Part shown: in pieces, positions 40,926 through 50,880 of the stretch | Layout of the letters: each line of letters begins with the position of its first letter | Numbering within the stretch: the stretch's first letter is position 1 | Origin: an uncultured Bacilli bacterium | GTDB lineage: Bacteria > Bacillota_I > Bacilli_A > RFN20 > CAG-449 | Direction of reading: 5' to 3' | NCBI GenBank assembly: GCA_947632435.1 | Contig: CANRPC010000010.1 | Span: forward strand, 643-64,642 | Length of the DNA: 64,000 nucleotides | Translations under genes and position numbers: made by a program | Notes under the pieces: generated by a model | Databases searched by the model: none | Told to the model about the DNA's origin: nothing | What the model saw: only the letters and a program-made list of their open reading frames with translations

Positions 40926-41138
40926 ATGAATTTTATGTCAATGGAAATTATTTATATAATTATTATTGTCTTAATTATTGGAGCGGTTGTATTTTTATTA
41001 AGAAAATTTATTCCAGGTTTAAAAGATGAAGAAGAAAAGGATGAAGCAAGACAAGTTGAAGAAGAAGTAAATCGTATGATTGTTAATCCTGAACCAGAAA
41101 AAGAAAATAAAGAAGAAGATGAGGACGAAAAAGAATAA
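40926..41138 (+). CDS. Small single-pass membrane protein with acidic tail
   Basis: SD GGAGG, N-terminal TM, Glu-rich C-terminus. Confidence 0.7.
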   Translation: MNFMSMEIIYIIIIVLIIGAVVFLLRKFIPGLKDEEEKDEARQVEEEVNRMIVNPEPEKENKEEDEDEKE

Positions 41139-42216
41139 GGGATTATATATACATATTCCCTTTTGTGATGAAATTTGCCCTTATTGTGGTTTTTCTCATA
41201 TTTTATCTTCTTGTAATAAACAAAATTTATATATTAATAGACTTAAAGAAGATATTTTAAAATACCAAAATCAATTTTTTTCATCTATATATATTGGAGG
41301 TGGAACACCATCTTCTTTAAATTACAAGCAACTTGAAGAACTTTTAAAATCTCTTCAAGTTTTTATACATAAAAATATTTCGTTTTCATTTGAAGCTAAT
41401 CCCCAATCACTTGATTTAGAAAAAATAAAATTGTTAGCAAAATATAATGTTAATCGTATCTCTATTGGCGTACAAACTTTTCAAAAACCTTTGCAGAAGA
41501 AATTAATGCGGTTTGCAACTTATTCGCAAATTAAAAATATTATTGAACAACTACATCAATTTGGAATAAATGATATTAATCTTGATTTGATGTATGGGAT
41601 AAATGGTGAGAATTTAACGCAATTAGAAAATGATTTAAAATTATTTACTTCTTTAGATATTAAACATATATCTTGTTATTGTTTACAAGTAGAAGAACAC
41701 ACAATATTTTATAATCAAAAAATAGAAGAAATGAATCAAGATGATGCTGCGGATGAGTATCAATTAATTTGTGAATATTTAAAGAAAAAAGGCTTTATAC
41801 ATTACGAAATTAGTAACTTTGCTAAAAAGGGCTATGAAAGCAAACATAATTTATTATATTGGCATAATGATGAATATGTTGGTTTAGGTATTTCAAGTGC
41901 TGGTTATGAAAATAATATACGTTACGTTAATGAAAATTCATTAACACATTATTTAAATAGTGAATCAAAAAAAGAAGAAGAAATATTGTCCATATTAGAT
42001 ATAGAAAAATATTATATAATTTTAAATCTCAGATTGGCTAAAGGTATAAATTTTTTAGATTTTAAAAAGAAATTTCATAAAGATTTTTTAAAAACATATG
42101 AAAAACAAATTGAAGCACTAAAAAAATACGATTATTTAAAAATAAATAAAAATAATTTATATGTTAAAGAAAAATATTTTTTTATATTGAATACTATCTT
42201 GTTATACTTTTTTTAA
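41119..42216 (+). CDS. hemW: Radical SAM heme chaperone HemW (HemN-like)
   Basis: YIHIPFCDEICPYC, GGGTPS, YEISNF, HNLLYW; near lepA as usual in Bacillota. Start probably ATG 41119. Confidence 0.9.
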   Translation: MRTKKNKGLYIHIPFCDEICPYCGFSHILSSCNKQNLYINRLKEDILKYQNQFFSSIYIGGGTPSSLNYKQLEELLKSLQVFIHKNISFSFEANPQSLDLEKIKLLAKYNVNRISIGVQTFQKPLQKKLMRFATYSQIKNIIEQLHQFGINDINLDLMYGINGENLTQLENDLKLFTSLDIKHISCYCLQVEEHTIFYNQKIEEMNQDDAADEYQLICEYLKKKGFIHYEISNFAKKGYESKHNLLYWHNDEYVGLGISSAGYENNIRYVNENSLTHYLNSESKKEEEILSILDIEKYYIILNLRLAKGINFLDFKKKFHKDFLKTYEKQIEALKKYDYLKINKNNLYVKEKYFFILNTILLYFF

Positions 42217-43121
42217 AATTTAAATTTAATTTTAATTTCCTTAATAATATCTTGATATTCTAAATCATTTAAAAAATGAATTAATTTATTTCGTTTGTTA
42301 TTAAATGGATATTCATAAAAACGATTATATATTTCAGGATGTGGATTATTCCAAAAATCATAGCCATCAATAATATGATTTTCAAAAAAACAATTTAAAA
42401 TTATTGTCTTACCAAAACTTCTCCAAGGACGAGAGATATAAACATTGTTTACTGACTCATTTTTCTTTTTAAAAGTACAATTTAATACGTAAAAGCCATC
42501 ATTTTGGAATAAACTATGACTTGGTGCAAAAACATAACCTGAATCTGAAGAAATTAAAGTGCAATTTTCAAAAAGTGAAGATCCCGAACCAAAAATAAAA
42601 TCAATAGCGCCTTCAATTTCACAATTTATAAATTTAGAATAAACATTTCCTTCAATAAATAATTCTTCTTTTGATAAAAAATTGAAGTAACGAATTTTTA
42701 AATCATCAGGAAGTGGTCCAAGAAATAATGTATCTTGGTAAGAAGTAAAATAACAATTCTTTGCTTTAAAATTATTTCCTAAAACCTCTAATGCAATGGC
42801 TTGATGATATTTTTTTTCATTAGCTAAATTCATTATGGAAATATTTTCTAAAGAACAATTATTTCCTTTAACAATCATTGTCGCGGTTCTAAAAGTATTA
42901 TAATCTCTTTTGTCTTCGTGTATTTTTAAACTATAATCATCAAATGCTATAATAACATTTTCTTTTGATTCACCAATTATTTTAATATTATCTTTTTTTA
43001 TTATGATTTTTTCTTTATAAAATCCATTTTTAATAAAAATTTCACCATTTTTACTTACTAAATCTAATGCTTTAGCTAAACTATCTATATCAGTATTTTT
43101 TTCTACAACAACTTTTTGCAT
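42213..43121 (-). CDS. Pectin methylesterase (CE8), no signal peptide
   Basis: G.YKE, TFRTAT, QAIAL, YQDTL, IDFIFG, SRPW. Confidence 0.9.
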   Translation of the reverse strand: MQKVVVEKNTDIDSLAKALDLVSKNGEIFIKNGFYKEKIIIKKDNIKIIGESKENVIIAFDDYSLKIHEDKRDYNTFRTATMIVKGNNCSLENISIMNLANEKKYHQAIALEVLGNNFKAKNCYFTSYQDTLFLGPLPDDLKIRYFNFLSKEELFIEGNVYSKFINCEIEGAIDFIFGSGSSLFENCTLISSDSGYVFAPSHSLFQNDGFYVLNCTFKKKNESVNNVYISRPWRSFGKTIILNCFFENHIIDGYDFWNNPHPEIYNRFYEYPFNNKRNKLIHFLNDLEYQDIIKEIKIKFKF

Positions 43122-43244
43122 AATTAACACCTTTATATATTTTGCCTTTTTTTGAAGTAAAAAACAACTTTTGATTTAACCAAGAATTATATTTATATAA
43201 TTTAACTTATTTAAATCCAAGTTCATATTTCCGTAATTTCTATA

Positions 43245-43298
43245 TTGACAAAAGGTGGTTGTCACTTTAAAATTATTATGTAAGTGAAAGCGCTTAAT
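43245..43298 (+). promoter_or_regulatory. Pectin operon promoter with inverted repeat and cre/LacI-type operator
   Basis: TTGACA-17 nt-TAAAAT; TGACAA-N7-TTGTCA (43246..43264); TGAAAGCGCTTAAT (43285..43298). Confidence 0.7.
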
Positions 43299-43313
43299 CT
43301 CGAGGTAATTAAA

Positions 43314-44090
43314 TTGTCTAAAGATACTTTTAAAATGATAGACCTAGCCATTTTCTCAATTATAGCTATGATTTTAGAAGTAGTAATTTATTACTCCTCA
43401 CAAGCATTTAAAATGGAAATGCCTGTGTTTGTATCTTTTACAATTGTTTTGTCTTTGATTGCCATTTTTCGTTGGGGCATTGCAGGGACAATTGTTTGTA
43501 TAGTTGGAGGACTTACTTCAGCTTTTGTACAAAATATTTCCTCTGGAGCACAATTTAATCTTTTTTTGATTTATGGTGTTGGCAATGCTTTTGTTGCGAT
43601 TGCTTATTTATTACTGATAAAAGATGGAAGAAAAAGAATATCTTCTAACACTGGCTTTTTATTTATTTATGAATTGGTCGGATATATATCAGTGATAAGT
43701 GGTCGATCATTACTTGGTGTATTGCTTTATAGAGGTTCATTTACTGATTATCTTCTTGCATTTATTGGACCAGAATGTCTTGGTGTATTATTAGGTACAA
43801 TTGTTCTAATAATTGCCAATAAACCAAATGGTATTCTTGTTGAAATGAATGAATACATTGTTAAGGTTCATGAAGAAATGAAAGAAGACAAGTTACATTT
43901 AAGAGCAATTAAAGATAGTGACCGCTACGATGTATCAGATGTAACAAAAAAAGACATGATTAATGATGCTTCTTTATTAGATGGAGGTAATCTTAATCAA
44001 AATCAGCTTGACGAATTACAAATAATGCTTGATGAATCGTTAAGTGAAACTAAGGGGGAGGACTTGTTAAACGATGGAAAAAAAGATTGA
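43314..44090 (+). CDS. Uncharacterised multi-pass membrane protein with acidic cytoplasmic tail
   Basis: About 5-6 TM segments. Probable TTG start at 43314 after SD GAGGT; overlaps the next gene. Confidence 0.7.
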   Translation: MSKDTFKMIDLAIFSIIAMILEVVIYYSSQAFKMEMPVFVSFTIVLSLIAIFRWGIAGTIVCIVGGLTSAFVQNISSGAQFNLFLIYGVGNAFVAIAYLLLIKDGRKRISSNTGFLFIYELVGYISVISGRSLLGVLLYRGSFTDYLLAFIGPECLGVLLGTIVLIIANKPNGILVEMNEYIVKVHEEMKEDKLHLRAIKDSDRYDVSDVTKKDMINDASLLDGGNLNQNQLDELQIMLDESLSETKGEDLLNDGKKD

Positions 44091-45096
44091 TGAAAGAGTC
44101 GTTGATGAAATCGAACGAAACCATTGGAAGACCGTAGGAAAAAGAATTTTAAAGGATTGGCGTGTATACGTCATGGCAATTCCATTAATTTTCTTCTTCA
44201 TTTGTTGGCGATATTTACCTATGTCAGGTTTATTGATTGCTTTCAAAAGTTATGATGGTAAAGATGTTATTGGATCTCCTTGGAATGGATTTGCTGGTTT
44301 TAAAGAGTTGATGACTGGAAGTTATGCAACAACGGAAAATTCATTCTGGAAAGCGTTCAGAAACACATTTACATTAAGTTTCTATAGTATGATTTTCGGC
44401 TTTCCAATGCCAATTATTTTAGCACTATTATTTAGTGAAATTAAAAATGAAACATATAGAAGTGTGCTTCAAGTTTTATCATATTTACCTAAATTTGTTT
44501 CCTTAGTTGTTATTACTACATTAGTTAATTTAATGTGTAGTAATGGTAGTGAAACAATGCATACAAGTGGTGGTCCAATTACGGTATTGCTTGAAACAAT
44601 TCATATGATACCAAAGGGCACTAAATTGATGTATCAATCTGAATATTTTAGACCAATTTATCAAATTTCAGGAATTTGGGAAACTGCTGGTTATGGTTCT
44701 ATTGTTTATTTCGCTGCGATTTTGAGCATTTCGCCAACATCTTATGAAGCTGCAAGAATGGACGGTGCATCTAAATGGGCACAAATTAAATATGTTACTT
44801 TCCCTGGTATTGCTTCAACATTGACAATTATGTTAATTCTTGAAATCGGACATTTATTAACTGTTGGTTATGAAAAAGTTATGTTATTGTATTCACAAGA
44901 AACATATGAAACTGCAGATGTTATCTCAACATTTGTTATGCGTACTGGCGGTGTAGGAGATACAGGTTCAAATACTGGTACAATTGGTAAAACAATTGCT
45001 TCGGCTGCTGATTTATTTAATTCCTTGATAGCTATGTTATTAGTTATTGGTTCAAATACTATTGCTAGACGTGTTTCGTCTACATCATTATATTAA
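44074..45096 (+). CDS. Carbohydrate ABC permease (LplB/YteP type)
   Basis: YLPM.G..IAFK, GFPMPIILALL, W...GYGSIVY, YEAARMDGA. Confidence 0.92.
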   Translation: MEKKIDERVVDEIERNHWKTVGKRILKDWRVYVMAIPLIFFFICWRYLPMSGLLIAFKSYDGKDVIGSPWNGFAGFKELMTGSYATTENSFWKAFRNTFTLSFYSMIFGFPMPIILALLFSEIKNETYRSVLQVLSYLPKFVSLVVITTLVNLMCSNGSETMHTSGGPITVLLETIHMIPKGTKLMYQSEYFRPIYQISGIWETAGYGSIVYFAAILSISPTSYEAARMDGASKWAQIKYVTFPGIASTLTIMLILEIGHLLTVGYEKVMLLYSQETYETADVISTFVMRTGGVGDTGSNTGTIGKTIASAADLFNSLIAMLLVIGSNTIARRVSSTSLY

Positions 45097-45111
45097 AAAG
45101 GAGAATGAAAT

Positions 45112-46002
45112 ATGGGTGGTCGTTTAGATAGATCAGAGATAATTTTCAAAATTATTTCTTACACTTTATTAACTATATTCGCATTATTTTGTTTATATCC
45201 ATTTATTTATACCATTTCCGCGGCTATTTCATCACAGGATGCTGTAGATGCTGGTAAAGTTGTTATTTTTCCAATAGGATTACAATTCGATGCATTTAAA
45301 TATGTCTTTGAAGATAGAAGCTTCTGGTTAGCATATACATCTACTTTATTTGTTACTCTTTGGGGTACAGTTTGGTCAATGTTTATTTCGATTTTTGGTG
45401 GCTATGCACTTTCTAAAAAAAGAATACCATTTAATAAAGGTTTGAATTTCTTCTTAGTATTTACAATGTGGTTCTCAGCTGGTATGATTCCAACTTTAAT
45501 TAACTATCAACAAACAAGAGATATTTTCCAAAATATTGGTATTGTTGACCAAAAATGGGTTGTTGTTATCGCAATGGGACTTGCTGCTTATAATATTATC
45601 TTATTAAGAAATGCTTTCTCTGGCGTACCAAAAGAAATCGAAGAAGCAGCAACTGTTGATGGTGCAAATGAATTCCAAATTGCAACTAAAGTTTTTATAC
45701 CTATGTCTAAGGCTTCAATTGCAACAGTAGCATTGTTCTATGGTATCTCACGTTGGAATGGTTACTTCTGGGCAAAGCAAATCATGGTTGGTGAAGATCA
45801 AATACCACCATTACAAGTTTTTATCCGTAATACTTTAGATAAAGTTCTTGGTGGTGAAGAAACTCACTCTTATGATGGATTCTCGGTTAGTTCATTATTC
45901 TATGCAATGATTGTTTGCGCTGTTGTTCCAATTATTATTATTTATCCATTTATTCAAAAATATTTTGCTGCTGGTGTTAACCTCGGTGGCGTTAAAGAAT
46001 AA
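45112..46002 (+). CDS. Carbohydrate ABC permease (LplC/YtcP type)
   Basis: FSAGMIP, EEAATVDGA, RWNGYF, YPFIQKYF..G...GGVKE. Confidence 0.92.
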   Translation: MGGRLDRSEIIFKIISYTLLTIFALFCLYPFIYTISAAISSQDAVDAGKVVIFPIGLQFDAFKYVFEDRSFWLAYTSTLFVTLWGTVWSMFISIFGGYALSKKRIPFNKGLNFFLVFTMWFSAGMIPTLINYQQTRDIFQNIGIVDQKWVVVIAMGLAAYNIILLRNAFSGVPKEIEEAATVDGANEFQIATKVFIPMSKASIATVALFYGISRWNGYFWAKQIMVGEDQIPPLQVFIRNTLDKVLGGEETHSYDGFSVSSLFYAMIVCAVVPIIIIYPFIQKYFAAGVNLGGVKE

Positions 46003-46072
46003 TTTATTTGGTTATTTCTATTTATTTTAAATAGTTATAATAAATTTTGATTTTTATGAAAGGAGAAAAAAA

Positions 46073-48289
46073 ATGAAAAAAATCAATCTTATCAAAGTAT
46101 TAGCTTTTTCCAGTTTACTACTTGTTGGCTGTAATAGCACTACTACAACTTCATCTAAATCAAGTGGATCAAATGGTTCTGGTGATTTATGTTATGATTT
46201 TACTTATGAACCTGCTGATAGACCTGCAAATCCACAACATGCTGAAGGTGATTTAGTTCGTTATACAGAATCATGGAGATCTGTTAAAACAGAAGGATGG
46301 GGAATCACAAAAGCAGTGGAAAGAGATCCTAAAAAATTAGAAGCTGCTTTAAAATTATTTGATTACATGTATTCTGATGCTGGAAATGAATTAATGTCAT
46401 ATGGACCTTCTGAATATGGCTACCTTGCAATGGAAGGTGATGAAGTAAAAACTATTGATTATCAAGGTAAAAAGGTTCCAGAATTATCTCAAGGAACATT
46501 AGCTCAACTTGCTGATCCAAAATTAGGAAATAACAACTATACTAACTATTATCGTTATTTCGTTGGTGCTACATTACCTATTGGTTATGTTAAAGAGCAA
46601 GGTATGGAATATCAATGTACTCATGAAGGTGGTAAAGAAGGTTTAGCAAGAATTAATAAAAACATTGAAGTTGGTACTTTTGAACATCCATATGCTGGTG
46701 GAAATGCTGATTCAGAAAATGTTGATGTTTCTCCAATGGATCAAAGAACAACATTGAATTTATCTATTCTTTATCAACAAAACGATTCAGAACCAAAATT
46801 TACTCCAGCAGGTAAAATTGGTAACGATGGTTATTTAGATCCAAAAGGAAATAAATATTCTGTTGGTGACTGGAAACCTACATGGAAAGCACTTCAAGAA
46901 AGATTAAATCTTTCCTTTACTAATGCTACAGCAGGTAATAATGTCGATAATAACTATACTGCTTATAAAGCACAAGGATTTGGCAATATTGATATTATTA
47001 CAGGTAAAGCAAGTAGCTTTGCTGTTGATGGACCAACTAGCTTTGTTAATTTAATGTGCTATCTTGATAGAATGCCTAATTTCTTGAATTTCTTAGTTAA
47101 TCACCCAATCGTTTTAAAAACAGTTACTTCACTTGGTGATAACAACCAAGATGCTATTTATTATGCACCATATTTTGATGGATATGATGACATTGAACGT
47201 ATGACTCTTTTAAGAGAAGATTGGTTAGTTAAATTACTTGATGGAACAGATACTAATTTTGATACTGATACAACTTTAGAAACTCATTACACAGCAAAAA
47301 TTGCTAAAAAAGATTATACAGTTAAAGTTGCTGCATCATTAGATAATACAGAAACTAAAGAAATTAAGAAAAATCAATCTACAAAAAATATTATTGAAAT
47401 TCAAAATGCTCTTGAAGTTAAAAATGGTGAAACATTAACCAAAGCATTATTGCAATACATCAAAGATGTCTATGGTGAACAATACAAAAAACCATCTGAT
47501 TTATTTATGGGAGTAGATGCTGCTTATGATGCTGATGAATTTATTGCATTATTAAGATGTGTAAAAACAAATCCAGTATTATTAAGTGGTGATAAAACAA
47601 AAGAAATTATTCCATTCTATCCTCGTGCTGTTTCTAATGATCGTCTTTCTGATATCTTTAGATGGGGTGCTCATTTATGGGGTGTCCAAGGTGTTGAATC
47701 AAGAAGTGGATTCTTATTTATCGATAACGAAGATGAAAGAACCGTTAAAGATGCTCGTGGTCAATTAAGCACAGCTCAAATGCTTGACAATTTACATCAA
47801 ATTTATGATGAAGGCTTAATTTTGAAAAACTTTACTGATAAAACTGCAACAGGTGGTACATCAGGTAACTTTAATACTGATTTAGGTACTGCAAATAAAG
47901 GTTTTGCAACTTATGACTACTGTCAAACACAAACAGCTTTAAATACATATGGCTATGCAAATAATGAATTTAAATTAATTCCAGTTATTGGTGCATTTAC
48001 AAATTGGGGAAATAAATTACAATACGTATTAACACCAACAACGTTTAAATTAACATCAGAAACAAATGATAGTCTTACAACTGATTATGTTGATTTAAAT
48101 ACAATTACTGTTGAAAAAGGAAAAACAAATCTTTGGACAAAATATGTTATTGCTGGATTTGGTGGAACATATGAAGCTACACATGAAACATTATGTGCAA
48201 CTCCTGAAGAATATGTTGAGCTTATGAAACAATATAAAGTTCAAGATTTAGAACAAATTTATTCAAGTGCTTACCAAGTAATGTATTAA
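46073..48289 (+). CDS. Oligosaccharide-binding lipoprotein (family-1 SBP, LplA/YtcQ-like) with apparently rearranged block order
   Basis: LVGC lipobox; SBP motifs WKALQERLN, YLDRMPNF, LREDWL, IYDEGLI and GWGITK..ALKLFDYMYSDAG..LMSYG. Confidence 0.85.
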   Translation: MKKINLIKVLAFSSLLLVGCNSTTTTSSKSSGSNGSGDLCYDFTYEPADRPANPQHAEGDLVRYTESWRSVKTEGWGITKAVERDPKKLEAALKLFDYMYSDAGNELMSYGPSEYGYLAMEGDEVKTIDYQGKKVPELSQGTLAQLADPKLGNNNYTNYYRYFVGATLPIGYVKEQGMEYQCTHEGGKEGLARINKNIEVGTFEHPYAGGNADSENVDVSPMDQRTTLNLSILYQQNDSEPKFTPAGKIGNDGYLDPKGNKYSVGDWKPTWKALQERLNLSFTNATAGNNVDNNYTAYKAQGFGNIDIITGKASSFAVDGPTSFVNLMCYLDRMPNFLNFLVNHPIVLKTVTSLGDNNQDAIYYAPYFDGYDDIERMTLLREDWLVKLLDGTDTNFDTDTTLETHYTAKIAKKDYTVKVAASLDNTETKEIKKNQSTKNIIEIQNALEVKNGETLTKALLQYIKDVYGEQYKKPSDLFMGVDAAYDADEFIALLRCVKTNPVLLSGDKTKEIIPFYPRAVSNDRLSDIFRWGAHLWGVQGVESRSGFLFIDNEDERTVKDARGQLSTAQMLDNLHQIYDEGLILKNFTDKTATGGTSGNFNTDLGTANKGFATYDYCQTQTALNTYGYANNEFKLIPVIGAFTNWGNKLQYVLTPTTFKLTSETNDSLTTDYVDLNTITVEKGKTNLWTKYVIAGFGGTYEATHETLCATPEEYVELMKQYKVQDLEQIYSSAYQVMY

Positions 48290-48304
48290 AATTGATTTTA
48301 TTGA

Positions 48305-48339
48305 TTAGGGTTGGAGATATTCAACTTCTCCAACTCTAA
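48305..48339 (+). terminator. Intergenic hairpin after the SBP gene (stabiliser or partial terminator)
   Basis: TTAGGGTTGGAGA-N9-TCTCCAACTCTAA. Confidence 0.7.
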
Positions 48340-48361
48340 TTTCATTAAAAAGGAGGTATAT

Positions 48362-49192
48362 ATGTTAGAAGAAAATAAGTCAGTAAAAATGGCAAAAAGA
48401 ATTTCTAAATTTCAAAAGATTTTTGTAATTTTATTTATGTTATCTTTTGTTTTGCTATTTATTTATTGTTTAGGATTTGCAACGCCATTTATTGATGTAA
48501 AAAAAGTTAATTCAATTGCACCTGTTACTCAACTTGGCGAAGGCATGAAAGATGTACTAGTATCAAAATATTGTGTCGAAGGTGTTGATGCTAAAACTTG
48601 TGGCGGAGTATTTACAAATTCCAGTCATAATATTGTAAATTTAGCTTATTTTGTTAAATTTGCATCAGATGATGTTCAAAATTTAAATCATTTGTTATTT
48701 GGTTTATCAATTGGTGGAATTTTAATTTCTTTATTATTATTTGTATATCGTGCTCAAATAAGAAAAAGATATTATATAACTAATTATATTGCTGCAGGTA
48801 TATGTACAATTTATTCTCTTGTAACATGTATTGTTCTCTTTGTATTATTTGGAAATTATAATAATCAATTAAATAATGTTGAATATGATATTATTAATAA
48901 AGGTAATGCTGTGACAATTAATTTAAAAACAACATTTTCTAAAGCATCATTTGATTATATTTACGCTATTGGAAATGTAATTTTAATTATTATGTTAATT
49001 GCTGCGGCAGCTCTTGTATTTTTGCATATCATGAAATTTATTGCTTATAAAGATTTTGATAAGATATATAATTCTACGACATCTGAAAATGCTACAGCTT
49101 ATTCTTTAGATTATATTAAAGAAGAACAAAGCACTGCTAAAAATGTTTCTAGTGAAATAAAAGAAGAAGTTAAAAAGGAGGATGAACAATAA
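48362..49192 (+). CDS. Uncharacterised 4-TM membrane protein
   Basis: Four hydrophobic segments, extracellular loop with two Cys. Start ATG 48362 after AGGAGG. Confidence 0.75.
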   Translation: MLEENKSVKMAKRISKFQKIFVILFMLSFVLLFIYCLGFATPFIDVKKVNSIAPVTQLGEGMKDVLVSKYCVEGVDAKTCGGVFTNSSHNIVNLAYFVKFASDDVQNLNHLLFGLSIGGILISLLLFVYRAQIRKRYYITNYIAAGICTIYSLVTCIVLFVLFGNYNNQLNNVEYDIINKGNAVTINLKTTFSKASFDYIYAIGNVILIIMLIAAAALVFLHIMKFIAYKDFDKIYNSTTSENATAYSLDYIKEEQSTAKNVSSEIKEEVKKEDEQ

Positions 49193-49773
49193 TGGAAAAA
49201 GAAAAAGTTATTGATTCTGTAAATGAAGAAGAAACTGCTACAGAATTAAATTCTTCTACAGAAAATAATCAAAATTCTGAAGATAATAATGAACTTCCTA
49301 AACATACATTACTTCATCCAAATCCAGAAATTTTAAGATATTCAACAAATAAATTAAGTTTCTGGCTTGTTATATTAGCAATTATTTTAAATTGTTTAGC
49401 ATTTCTTGATTATTATGGAAAAAGAAATGTCAAACCAGATATGGTACTTGGTGTTGATGTTATTATTAATATTTTAGTTTTACTTGCTTGTTTTGTTACA
49501 GCAGAAGAAGTTAAAGCATATAGAAAACGTTTTGCTTATGTATCATTTCTTTTAGCAGTAGTTCAAATTGCTAGAATTTTCTTTATTCCATTAAGATATT
49601 ACAAAGTTTTAATGGAATACAATAGTTTTGTTTATATTGTTATGCTTTATGTTTTAGGCGCAGTATTTCTTACTCTTGCAGGATTAATTTGTATTTTCCG
49701 TTCAAATATTTTAGTTAACTATTTAAATAGCATTAAAGATGAACCTGCAGAATCTAAAGGTGAGGTAGAATAA
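49192..49773 (+). CDS. Uncharacterised 4-TM membrane protein
   Basis: Acidic N-terminal tail, four TM segments, TAATG coupling. Confidence 0.75.
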   Translation: MEKEKVIDSVNEEETATELNSSTENNQNSEDNNELPKHTLLHPNPEILRYSTNKLSFWLVILAIILNCLAFLDYYGKRNVKPDMVLGVDVIINILVLLACFVTAEEVKAYRKRFAYVSFLLAVVQIARIFFIPLRYYKVLMEYNSFVYIVMLYVLGAVFLTLAGLICIFRSNILVNYLNSIKDEPAESKGEVE

Positions 49774-49774
49774 A

Positions 49775-50872
49775 ATGGCACAAGTAAGATTAGATCACTT
49801 AAAAAAAATATATCCTGCAGAAAAAGGTACCGATGGTGGCAAAGGAGTTCTTGCTGTTGAAGATTTCAATATTGATATTGAAGATGGTGAGTTTATTGTT
49901 TTAGTTGGTCCATCTGGATGTGGTAAATCCACAACATTAAGAATGATTGCAGGTCTAGAAGAAATTTCAGAAGGACATGCATATGTTGATGGTAAAGAAG
50001 TAACAAATTTAGCCGCTAAAGATCGTGATATGGCAATGGTTTTCCAAAACTATGCTTTATATGCACATATGACAATTTATCAAAATATGGCTTTCTCTCT
50101 TGTATTACGTAAGGAGAAAAAAGAAGTTATCCATGAAAAAGTCATGTATGCAGCAAAAGTTTTGGATTTAGTTTCTCAATTAAATAAAAAACCAGCTGCT
50201 TTATCAGGTGGTCAAAGACAAAGAGTTGCTGTTGGTAGAGCAATTGTAAGAAATCCAAAGGTATTCTTATTTGATGAGCCTTTATCAAATCTTGATGCTA
50301 AATTAAGAAGTTCTATGCGTCGTGAATTAAAATTATTACATAGAAAATTACATTCTACAATTATCTATGTTACACATGACCAAATAGAAGCTTTAACTTT
50401 AGCAAATCGTATTGTTGTTATGTCAATGGGTAAAGTTCAACAAATTGATACCCCATTAAAAATTTATTCCGATCCAAATAATTTGTTTGTTGCAGGTTTT
50501 ATTGGTAATCCACCTATGAATTTTATTAAAGGATATGTTGATGAAAAAGGAATATTTATTAATGAAACTTGTCAATTTAAAATTCCAAATGAAAGTTTTG
50601 ATTTCTTAAAGCAAAAAAATTATTTGAATAAAGAATTAGTATTAGGCTTTAGACCTGAACATTGTATGGAAAACGGACATATTCCATGTCGCGTAGATTT
50701 ATTAGAACATTTAGGACAAGCTACATTAATTCATTGCTATCTAGGTGAAAATAAAATTATTGTTAAATTGCCTGGTTGGTTAGATTATGAACACGATTCA
50801 AATATTAATATTGATTTAAATAGTAAATTAATTTGTTTCTTCGATGGAATTACCGAAGATAGAATTAGATAG
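49775..50872 (+). CDS. MalK/MsmX-type sugar ABC ATPase 1
   Basis: GPSGCGKST, LSGGQRQR, DEPLSNLDA, VTHDQ, FVAGFIG.PPMN. Confidence 0.93.
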   Translation: MAQVRLDHLKKIYPAEKGTDGGKGVLAVEDFNIDIEDGEFIVLVGPSGCGKSTTLRMIAGLEEISEGHAYVDGKEVTNLAAKDRDMAMVFQNYALYAHMTIYQNMAFSLVLRKEKKEVIHEKVMYAAKVLDLVSQLNKKPAALSGGQRQRVAVGRAIVRNPKVFLFDEPLSNLDAKLRSSMRRELKLLHRKLHSTIIYVTHDQIEALTLANRIVVMSMGKVQQIDTPLKIYSDPNNLFVAGFIGNPPMNFIKGYVDEKGIFINETCQFKIPNESFDFLKQKNYLNKELVLGFRPEHCMENGHIPCRVDLLEHLGQATLIHCYLGENKIIVKLPGWLDYEHDSNINIDLNSKLICFFDGITEDRIR

Positions 50873-50880
50873 GAGGATGT

